DNA of 64,000 nucleotides from NCBI RefSeq assembly GCF_037042905.1, contig NC_087245.1, positions 25,546,001 through 25,610,000 of the forward strand. Reading direction: 5' to 3'. The position numbers and the translations under genes were made by a program. Position 1 is the first letter of the stretch. Each line of letters begins with the position of its first letter. This DNA comes from Lytechinus pictus. Its lineage: Eukaryota. Shown piece after piece: positions 52,601 through 64,000 of this stretch. The notes under the pieces were generated by a model. The model did not search any database. It worked only from the letters and a program-made list of their open reading frames with translations, and was not told the DNA's origin.

Positions 52601-55600
52601 AATAGCCTTCCTTCAAAAACGTCATATTTATTGAAATGTAAAGTCAAAAAATCGTAAAATGGCCATAACTTTCTTGTTTTTATTCATTTCGAGCTCATTT
52701 TTTTTAGGAATTGATACTGGTACCATATCATACATAGGAATTAGTTTTCACGCATCACTAAATTTCCGTTACTGAAATAGCGCCCTCTAAAGTTTCAAAA
52801 ACGCTTATCTTTGAATGCTCCTCATTGCGTCATGCATGGCCAAACCCGTACCCTTTTTTAGATTTAGGGTGTTCAAGATATGCCCTTTCATGCCATTTAG
52901 AAAAAAATATACCTTACCACTGACGAAATATCTGAAAAATGCTCCCGAAAATCAGCAAAATACGCAAAAATGCACTATAATGCCAGCACAACTTCAACTT
53001 GCTCTTATTTCCTTATTATTGAAGTTTATCCTTTCTAACTTGGCAGATATGAGTATTGATATATACTTCAACCGTTCGTTAACCTTTTGTGACAGAAACT
53101 GACATAGAGCTGACGTCAGCTCAAAATTATTGTGCAAAACTGTCATTTTTAATGTCTTTCTTTATATGGCATTTACTTCCGGTCTATTGCTTACGCAAAT
53201 ATAAAAGTGGTATCAATGTCACCGCATTGGAATGCCCTATCCAGTGATACCAAATACGACATAGGTTACAACAGAAAATTTCAAGATAAGCCAATCTGAA
53301 CACCTGGTATACTTCTCACAATGCACACATTATCAACAACAGAATTGTACACAATGTCTATGGCATAACGTATTATGCATGCATATCGTTCTGCTATGTA
53401 CTTTACACTGAGTTCGTTAATGAACTGTCAGGGATATGTGTATGCTCATTCATATTACTCTCTGTGTCTTTCTCTCCCTTCTCTCTCTTTTTTTGAGCGG
53501 CCATATGGTCTAAAAATGGCCCAATGGACGAAATCCTTTTGACTTGAGAATGTAACTTCCTATGGAGGGCAAAATGTACCAAAATCCACTTTGATTAACA
53601 TGTAATTTTTGTTAGTCCTCCCCTGCCTCCGCTCCTCATCCAAATTCATTCCGATTTTGTAGACATGTTGTCCATGATGCATTATTGTGTACCTCTTATT
53701 TCATTTTCTAAAATCATTCATGCATGACAGTGCATGCACCATTTTGAGTGAGTGACATCATCATCTCTCTCATTTGGATGTAACTGGCTCGTTCATATAA
53801 CTCTTTTGTTAAAAATAAGCGAAACTTTGAAATGTCATAACTTTCTTTTTTTACATCCGATTTTGATGAAATTTTCAGCATTGTGCTTGTCTGATTTTTC
53901 CCTATTGATTCAAATCAACATTTTTATGAGGTGGACTTGACCTCTAAATCAGACACGTCAATGCATGCACATCGTAATGAAACGATTGCAGTTCTAGTCT
54001 TCTTCTTCTTCTTCTTCCACAAAATCCCATTTGTTTAACACATGGTTTTTGTTAGCTCTGCCCTGGCTCTGTCCCTCATCCAAATTCATCCAAACTTTGT
54101 AGACATGTTGTCCAGCATCCCTAGTTGTGCCCCTTGTCTTCCTTTTTCCAAAATCACTCATGCATGACCATCCAGGCGCCATTTTGTAAATTTCAAGTCC
54201 ATTTGCATACCATTACTAATCTCGTCCTAACTCCCGCATCCTGCATGCTACAAACTTCTAACAAATTGCTATAGATAGTCAAAGAGTTGCTCCATCATCT
54301 GCGACGTATAAACTGACCTTCAAAATGCCATCTTCATGCCCTAAATTCAAATCCGAAATAGCCTTCCTTCAAAAACGTCACATTTATTGAAATGTAAAGT
54401 AAAAAAAATCGTAAAATGGCCATAACTTTATTGTTTTTATTCATTTCGAGCTCATATTTTTAGGAATTGATACTGGTACCATATCATACTTACGACTTAG
54501 TTTTCACGCATCACTGAATTTCCGTTACTGAAATAGCGCCCTCTAAAGTTTCAAAAACGCTTATCTTTGAATGCTCCTCATTTCGTCATGCATGGCCAAA
54601 CCCGTACCCTTTTTTAGATTTAGGGTGTTCAAGATATGCTCTTTCATGCCATTTAGAAAAATATATACCTTACCGCTGACAAAATATCTGAAAAATGCTC
54701 CCGAAAATCAGCAAAATACGCAAAAATGCACTATAATGCCAGCACAACTTCAACTTGCTCTTATTTCCTTATTATTGAAGCTTATCCTTTCTAACTTGGC
54801 AGATATGAGTATTGATATATACTTCAACCGTTCGTCAACCTTTTGTAACAGAAACTGACAAAAATCTGACGTCAGCTTAAAATTATTGTGCAAAACCTTC
54901 ATTTTTAATGTTTTTCTTTATATGGCATTTACTTCCGGTCTATTGCTTGAGCACAAATAAAAGGGGTATCAATGTCACCGCATTTGAATGCTCTTTCCAG
55001 TGATACCAAATATGACATAGGTTACAACAGAAAATTTCAAGATAAGCCAATCTGAACACATGGTATACTACTCAGAATGCACACATTATCAACAACAGAA
55101 TTGTACACAATGTCTATGGCATAACGTATTATGCATGCACATCGTTCTGCTATGTACTTTACACTGAGTTACGTTAATGAACTGTCAGGGAAATGTGTAT
55201 GCTTATCCATATCATTCCGATTTGGTAGACATGTTGTCCATGATGCATTATTGTGTACCTCTTTTTTCATTTTCTAAAATCATTCATGCATGACAGTGCA
55301 TGCACCATTTTGAGTGAGTGACATCATCATCTCTCTCATTTGCATGTAACTGGCTCGTTCATAATTAAAACTATTTTGTTAGAAATAAGCGAAACTTTGA
55401 AATGTCATAACTTTCTTATTTTAAATCCGATTTTGATGAAATTTTCAGCATTGCGCTTGTCTGATTTTTCCCTATTGATTCAAATCAACATTTTTCTGAG
55501 GTAGACTTGACCTTCCAATCAGACGCGTCATGCATGACAGTGCATGCACCATTTTGAGTGAGTGACATCATCATCTCTCTCATTTGGATGTAACTGGCTC

Positions 55601-58600
55601 GTTCATATAACTCTTTTGTTAAAAATAAGCGAAACTTTGAAATGTCATAACTTTCTTTTTTTACATCCGATTTTGATGAAATTTTCAGCATTGTGCTTCT
55701 CTGATTTTTCCCTATTGATTCAAATCAACATTTTTATGAGGTGGACTTGACCTCTAAATCAGACACGTCAATGCATGCACATCGTAATGAAACGATTGCA
55801 GTTCTAGTTGCATTGACGCCCACTGGCGACAATGCATTGTTCTTGTTCCGTATTCCTATTCCGTCGTCTTTGCATTGACGCCCAATGGCGACAATGCATT
55901 GTTCTTGTTCCGTATTCCTATTCCGTCGTCTTCTTCTTCTTCTTCCACAAAATCCCATTTGTTTAACACATGGTTTTTGTTAGCTCTACCCTGGCTCCGT
56001 CCCTCATCCAAATTCATCCAAACTTTGTAGACATGTTGTCCAGCATCCCTAGTTGTGCACCTCGTCTTCCATTTTCCAAAATCACTCATGCATGACCATC
56101 CAGGCGCCATTTTGTAAATTTCAAGTCCATTTGCATACCATTACTAATCTCGTCCTAACTCCCGCATCCTGCATGCTACAGACTTCTAACCAATTGCTAT
56201 AGATAGTCAAAGAGTTGCTCCATCATCTGCAATGTAGAACCTGACCTTCAAAATTCAATCTTCATGCCTAAATTCAAATTCGAAATAGCCTTCCTTCAAA
56301 AACTTCATATTTATTGAAATGTAAAGTAAAAAAATCGTAAAATGGCCATAACTTTCATTTTTTTTATTCAATTCGAGCTTATATTTTTAGGATTTGATAC
56401 TGGTAACATATCATACATACGAGTGAGTTTTCACGCATCATTGCTCTTCCGGTATTGAAAAAGCGCCCTCTAAAGTTTCAAAAACGCTTACCTTTGAGTG
56501 CTCCTCATTTCGTCATGCATGGCCAAACCCGTACCCTTTTTTAGATTTAGGATGTTTAAGATATGCCCTTTCATGCCATTTAGAAAAATATATACCTTAC
56601 CACTGACGAAATATCTGAAAAATGCTCCCGAAAATCAGCAAAATACGCAAAAATGCACTATAATGCCAGCACAACTTCAACTTGCTCTTATTTCCTTATT
56701 ATTGAAGCTTATCCTTTCTAACTTGGCAGATATGAGTATTGATATATACTTCAACCGTTCGTCAACCTTTTGTAACAGAAACTGACAAAAATCTGACGTC
56801 AGCTTAAAATTATTGTGCAAAACCTTCATTTGTCATGTCTTTCTTTATATGGCATTTACTTCCGGTCTATTGCTTGCGCACAAATAAAAGTGGTATCAAT
56901 GTCACCGCATTGGAATGTTCTTTCCAGTGATACCAAATACGACATAGGTTACAACAGAAAATTTCAAGATAAGTCAATCTGAACACATGGTATACTGCTC
57001 ACAATGCACACATTATCAACAACAGAATTGTACACAATGTCTATGGCATGGGTCTCATGGGTATGAGCGGCCATATGGTCTAAAATGGTATGGAGGGCAA
57101 AATGTACCAAAATCCAATTTGATTAACATGTAATTTTTGTTAGTCCTCCCCTGCCTCCGCTCCTCATCCAAATTCATTATATGGTAGACATGTTGTCCAT
57201 GATGCATTATTGTGTACCTACTATTTCATTTTCTAAAATCATTCATGCATGACAGTGCAGGCGCCATTTTGTCAATTTCAAGTCCATTTGCATACCATTA
57301 CTAATCTCGTCCTAACTCCCGCATCCTGCGTGCTACCGACTTCTAACCAATTGCTATAGATAGTCAAAGAGTTGCTCCATCATCTGCAATGTAGAACCTG
57401 ACCTTCAAAATTCAATCTTCATGCCTAAATTCAAATTCGAAATAGCCTTCCTTCAAAAACTTCATATTTATTGAAATGTAAAGTAAAAAAATCGTAAAAT
57501 GGCCATAACTTTCATTTTTTTTATTCAATTCGAGCTTATATTTTTAGGATTTGATACTGGTAACATATCATACATACGAGTGAGTTTTCACGCATCATTG
57601 CTCTTCCGGTATTGAAAAAGCGCCCTCTAAAGTTTCAAAAACGCTTACCTTTGAGTGCTCCTCATTTCGTCATGCATGGCCAAACCCGTACCCTTTTTTA
57701 GATTTAGGATGTTTAAGATATGCCCTTTCATGCCATTTAGAAAAATATATACCTTACCACTGACGAAATATCTGAAAAATGCTCCCGAAAATCAGCAAAA
57801 TACGCAAAAATGCACTATAATGCCAGCACAACTTCAACTTGCTCTTATTTCCTTATTATTGAAGCTTATCCTTTCTAACTTGGCAGATATGAGTATTGAT
57901 ATATACTTCAACCGTTCGTCAACCTTTTGTAACAGAAACTGACAAAAATCTGACGTCAGCTTAAAATTATTGTGCAAAACCTTCATTTGTCATGTCTTTC
58001 TTTATATGGCATTTACTTCCGGTCTATTGCTTGCGCACAAATAAAAGTGGTATCAATGTCACCGCATTGGAATGTTCTTTCCAGTGATACCAAATACGAC
58101 ATAGGTTACAACAGAAAATTTCAAGATAAGTCAATCTGAACACATGGTATACTGCTCACAATGCACACATTATCAACAACAGAATTGTACACAATGTCTA
58201 TGGCATGGGTCTCATGGGTATGAGCGGCCATATGGTCTAAAATGGTATGGAGGGCAAAATGTACCAAAATCCAATTTGATTAACATGTAATTTTTGTTAG
58301 TCCTCCCCTGCCTCCGCTCCTCATCCAAATTCATTATATGGTAGACATGTTGTCCATGATGCATTATTGTGTACCTACTATTTCATTTTCTAAAATCATT
58401 CATGCATGACAGTGCAGGCGCCATTTTGTCAATTTCAAGTCCATTTGCATACCATTACTAATCTCGTCCTAACTCCCGCATCCTGCGTGCTACCGACTTC
58501 TAACAAATTGCAGTAAATTGTTTAAGAGTTGCTCTTTCATATAAAAAACACGATTGGCCCTTCAAAGTGCCGTCTTCTTGCCCTAAAATCAAATCCAAGA

Positions 58601-61600
58601 TAGTCTACGTTCAAAATGTTCATATTTATTGAAATGCAAATTAGGAAAATCGTAAAATGGCCATAACTTTCTTGTTTTTATTCACTTCCGTCTTATATAT
58701 TTATGGTTTACTAATGGTATCACCCTTCACAATTCAACAAATTTCTACGCATCAGTGACAGTTCAATTTACAAATAGCGCCCTCTATTTCAAAGTCAACA
58801 AATAATAAAATGACAATAACTTTGTTATCATTCATTTTGGTCTTTTATTTTCAGGGCTGGCTTATGATATCATCCTTCATAATCCATATTCTTTTTACGC
58901 ATCAGTGACAATTACATTTAGAAATAGCGCCCTCTATTGCAAACTAAAGAAATGTTAAAATGGTCATAAGTTCCTTGTTCTCATTCATTTCGGTCTCATA
59001 TTTTCAGGGTATGCTTATTGTATCATTCCACATAATCCACATGTGTTGTACGCATCATTGACCATTCCCTTTACAAAATAGTGAGTGAGTGACATCATCA
59101 ACTCTCTCATTTGGATGTAACTGGCTCGTTCATATAACTATTTTGTTAAAAATAAGTGAAACTTTGAAATGTCATAAATTTCTTATTTTACATCCGATTT
59201 TGATGTAGTTTTCAGCATTGTGCTTGTCTGATTTTTCCCTATTGATTCAAATCAACATTTTTCTGAGGTGGACTTGACCTTTAAATCAGACACGTCAATG
59301 CATGCACATCGTAATGAAACGATTGCAGTTCTAGTCTTCTTCTTCTTCTTCTTCTTCTTCTTCTTCTTCTTCCACAAAATCCCATTTGTTTAACACATGG
59401 TGTTTGTTAGCTCTGCCCTGGCTCCGTCCCTCATCCAAATTCATCCAAACTTGGTAGACATGTTATCCAGCATCCCTAGTTGTGCCCCTCGTCTTCCTTT
59501 TTTCAAAATCACTCATGCATGACCATCTAGGCGCCATTTTGTAAATTTCAAGTCCATTTGCATACCATTACTAATCTCGTCCTAACTCCCGCATCCTGCA
59601 TTCTACAGACTTCTAACAAATTGCTATAGATAGTCAAAGAGTTGCCCCATCATTTGCGACGTATAACCTGACCTTCAAAATGCCATCTTCATGCCCTAAA
59701 TTCAAATCCGAAATAGCCTTCCTTCAAAAACGTCATATTTATTGAAATGTAAAGTAAAAAAATCGTAAAATGGCCATAAGTTTCTTGTTTTTATTCGTTT
59801 CGAGCTCATATTTTCAGGAATTGATACTGGTACCATATCATACATAGGAATTAGTTTTCACGCATCACTAAATTTCCGTTACTGAAATAGCGCCCTCTAA
59901 AGTTTCAAAAACGCTTATCTTTGAATGCTCCTCATTGCGTCATGCATGGCCAAACCCGTACCCTTTTTTAGATTTAGGGTGTTCAAGATATGCCCATTCA
60001 TGCCATTTAGAAAAATATATACCTTACAGCTGACGAAATATCTGAAAAATGCTCCCGAAAATCAGCAAAATACGCAAAAATGCACTATAATGCCAGCACA
60101 ACTTCAACTTGCTCTTATTTCCTTATTATTGAAGCTTATCCTTTCTAACTTGGCAGATATGAGTATTGATATATACTTCAACCGTTCGTTAACCTTTTGT
60201 GACAGAAACTGACATAGAGCTCACGTCAGCTTAAAATTATTGTGCAAAACTGTCATTTTTAATGTCTTTCTTTATATGGCATTAACTTCCGGTCTATTGC
60301 TTGCGCAAAAATAAAAGTGGTATCAATGTCACCGCATTGGAATGCTCTATCCAGTGATACCAAATACGACATAGGTTACAACAGAAAATTTCAAGATAAG
60401 CCAATCTGAACACATGGTTTACTACTCACAGTGCACACATTATCAACAACAGAATTGTACACAATGTCTATGGCATAACGTATTATGCATGCACATCGTT
60501 CTGCTATGTACTTTACACTGAGTTACGTTAATGAACTGTCAGGGAAATGTGTATGCGTATTCATATTACTCTCTGTGTCTTTCTCTCCCTTCTCTCTCTT
60601 TTTTTGAGCGGCCATATGGTCTAAAAATGGCCCAATGGACGAAATCCTTTTGACTTGAGAATGTAACTTCCTATGGAGGGCAAAATGTACCAAAATCCAC
60701 TTTGATTAACATGTAATTTTTGTTAGTCTTCCCCTGCCTCCGCTCCTCATCCAAATTCATTCCGATTTGGTAGACATGTTGTCCATGATGCATTATTGTG
60801 TACCTCTTATTTCATTTTCTAAAATCATTCATGCATGACAGTGCATGCACCATTTTGAGTGAGTGACATCATCATCTCTCTCATTTGGATGTAACTGGCT
60901 CGTTCATATAACTCTTTTGTTGAAAATAAGCGAAACTTTGAAATGTCATAACTTTCTTTTTTTACATCCGATTTTGATGAAATTTTCAGCATTGTGCTTG
61001 TCTGATTTTTCCCTATTGATTCAAATCAAAATTTCTATGAGGTGGACTTGACCTCTAAATCAGACACGTCAATGCATGCACATCGTAATGAAACGATTGC
61101 AGTTCTAGTTGCATTGACGCCCACTGGCGACAATGCATTGTTCTTGTTCCGTATTCCTATTCCGTCGTCTTCTTCTTCTTCTGCTTCTTCCACAAAATCC
61201 CATTTGTTTAACACATGGTTTTTGTTAGCTCTACCCTGGCTCCGTCCCTCATCGAAATTCATCCAAACTTTGTAGACATGTTGTCCAGCATCCCTAGTTG
61301 TGCACCTCGTCTTCCATTTTCCAAAATCACTCATGCATGACCATCAAGGCGCCATTTTGTAAATTTCAAGTCCATTTGCATACCATTACTAATCTCGTCC
61401 TAACTCCCGCATCCTGCATGCTACAAACTTCTAACAAATGGCTATAGATAGTCAAAGAGTTGCTCCATCATTTGCGACGTATAACCTAACCTTCAAAATG
61501 CCATCTTCATGCCCTAAATTCAAATCCGAAATAGCCTTCCTTCAAAAACTTCATATTTATTGAAATGTAAAGTCAAAAAATCCTAAAATGGCCATAACTT

Positions 61601-64000
61601 TCTTGTTTTTATTCAATTCGAGCTTATATTTTCAGGAATTATTACAGGCAACATATTATACTTACAAGTAAGTTTTCACGCATCATTGACCTTCCGGTAT
61701 TGAAATAGCGCCCTCTAAAGTTTCAAAAACGCTTACGTTTGAATGCTCCTCAATGCGTCATGCATGGCCAAACCCGTACCCTTTTTTAGATTTAGGGTGT
61801 TCAAGATATGCCCTTTCATGCCATTTAGAAAAATATATACCTTACCACTGACGAAATATCTGAAAAATGCTCCCGAAAATCAGCAAAATACGCAAAAATG
61901 CACTATAATGCCAGCACAACTTCAACTTGCTCTTATTTCCTTATTATTGATGCTTATCCTTTCTAACTTGGCAGATATGAGTATTGATATATACTTTAAC
62001 CGTTCGTCAACCTTTTGTGACAGAAACTGACATAGAGCTCACGTCAGCTTAAAATTATTGTGAAAAACTGTCATTTTTAATGTCTTTCTTTATATGGCAT
62101 TTACTTCCGGTCTATTGCCAGTGCACAAATAAAAGTGGTATCAATGTCACCGCATTGGAATGCTCTTTCCACCGATACCAAATACGACATAGGTTACAAC
62201 AGAAAATTTCAAGATAAGCCAATCTGAACACATGGTATACTGCTCACAATGCACATATTATCAACAATAAAATTGTACTTAATGTCTATGGCATAACGTA
62301 TTATGCATGCACATCGTTCTGCTATGTACTTTACACTGAGTTACGTTTATGAACTGTCAGGGATATTTGTATGCTTATTCATATCACTCTCTCTGTGTCT
62401 TTCTCTCCCTTCTCTCTCTTTGTTGAGCGGCCATGGTCAAAAAATGGACGAAATCTGTTTGACTCGAGAATGCAACTTCCTATGGAGGGCATAATGTCCT
62501 AAATCCACTTTGATTAACATGTAATTTTTTTTAATTCCTCCCCTGCCTCCGCTCCTCATCCAAATTCATTTGGCAGACATGTTGTCCATGATGCATTATT
62601 GTGTACCTCTTATTTCATTTTCTAAAATCATTCATACATGACAGTGCATGCGCCATTTTGAGTGAGTGACATCATCATCTCTCTCATTTGGATGCAACTG
62701 GCTCGTTCATATAACTATTTTGTTAAAAATAAGCGAAACTTTGAAATGTCATAACTTTCTTATTTTACATCCGATTTTGATGAAATTTTCAGCTTTGTGC
62801 TTGTCTCATTTTTCCCTATTGATTCAAATCAACATTTTTCTGAGGTGGACTTGACCTTTCAATCAGACGCGTCAATGCATGCACATCGTTCTGAAACGAT
62901 TGCAGTTCTAGTCTTCTTCTTCTGCTTCTTCCACAAAATCCCATTTGTTTAACACATGGTGTTTGTTAGCTCTGCCCTGGCTCCGTCCCTCATCCAAATT
63001 CATCCAAACTTGGTAGACATGTTGTCCAGCATTTATAGTTGTGCACCTCGTCTTCTTTTTTCCAAAATCACTCATGCATGACCATCCAGGCGCCATTTTG
63101 TAAATTTCAAGTCCATTTTTATACCATTACTAATCTCGTCCTAACTCCCCCATCCTGCATGCTACAGACTTCTAACAAATTGCTATAGATAGTCAAAGAA
63201 TTGCTTCATCATCTGCGACGTATAACCTGACCTTCAAAATGCCATCTTCATGCTCTAAATTCAAATCCGAAATAGCCTTCCTTCAAAAACGTCATATTTA
63301 TTGAAATGTAAAGTCAAAAAATCGTAAAATAGCCATAACTTTCTTGTTTTTATTCATTTTGAGCCTATATTCTCAGGAATTGAAACTGGTACCATATCAT
63401 ACACACGGTATAGTTTATACGCATCATTGATTTTCTGTTATTGAAATAGCGCCCTCTAAAGTTTCAAAAACACTTACCTTTGAATGCTCCTCATTGCGTC
63501 ATGCATGGCCAAACCCGTACCCTTTTTTAGATTTAGGGTGTTCAAGATATGCCCTTTCATGCCATTTAGAAAAATATATACCTTACAACTGACGAAATAT
63601 CTGAAAAATGCTCCCGAATATCAGCAAAATACGCAAAAATGCACTATAATGCCAGCACAACTTCAACTAGCTCTTATTTCCTTATTATTGAAGCTTATCC
63701 TTTCTAACTTGGCAGATATGAGTATTGATATATACTTTAACCGTTCGTTAACCTTTTGTGACAGAAACTGACAAAAATCTGACGTCAGTTTAAAATTATT
63801 GTGCAAAACTGTCATTTTTAATGTCTTTCTTTATATGGCATTTACTTCCGATCTATTGCTTGCGCACAATTAAAAGGGGTATCAATGTCACCGCATGGGA
63901 ATGCTCTTTCCAGTGATACCAAATACGACATAGGTTACAACAGAAAATTTCAAGATAAGCCAATCTGAACACATGGTATACTACTCACAACGCACACATT
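46621..64000 (-). repeat. Macrosatellite of about 1.8 kb: head-to-tail array of a Helentron-like non-autonomous element, running off the window end
   Basis: The same core recurs at 47319, 49142, 51043, 52815, 54571, 56498, 57655, 59925, 61743 and 63484 (spacings 1823, 1901, 1772, 1756, 1927, 1157, 2270, 1818, 1741). Units carry a terminal hairpin, (TCT)n, a subterminal inverted repeat and a gttctagt end. Confidence 0.93.

Noticed and set aside
57046..57066. catgggtctcatg as a fourth P-like footprint
   Set aside because: No flanking 7-bp duplication; it is better explained as filler at a deletion junction in the array.
47319..63771. Ten copies of a 95-aa ORF (MLLIASCMAKPVPFF...) as a tandem gene family
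   Set aside because: They lie in the core of a repeat unit, have no recognisable domain, and the start is GTG in some copies. Near-identity of the units explains ORF persistence. Not fully excluded without expression data.
46621..64000. Tandem 5S rRNA, snRNA, tRNA or histone gene cluster
   Set aside because: No 5S, U-snRNA, tRNA cloverleaf or histone sequence was recognised in the unit.

Overview
AT-rich, intron-rich animal genomic DNA. The repeat families and gene sequences suggest an echinoderm, probably a sea urchin (inference). The minus strand carries three genes: the 5' part of the spliceosome/EJC factor CWC22 (8 coding exons, 9836 to 500, continuing off the left edge), a complete 12-coding-exon CDC6 (25061 to 14082, about 590 aa) with an E2F/CCAAT promoter near 28.35-28.44 kb, and an unrecognised single-exon 495-aa Ser/Arg-rich ORF (44162-42675). 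Introns and intergenic DNA hold many non-autonomous DNA transposons (hAT-, Kolobok-, Tc2/pogo-, Harbinger- and Helentron-like). The last 17.4 kb is a head-to-tail array of a roughly 1.8-kb Helentron-like element. Four observations stand out. (1) A 54-bp minisatellite of about 22 copies is a tandem amplification of a CWC22 3' splice site plus exon start. (2) A 187-bp SINE-like insertion has a 7SL/Alu-like head. (3) Three 28-40-bp CATG-ended hairpin insertions with perfect 7-bp target duplications resemble P-element excision footprints. (4) The 1.8-kb array has a rolling-circle-like structure and a captured Kolobok end. All calls were made by eye and no searches were run.
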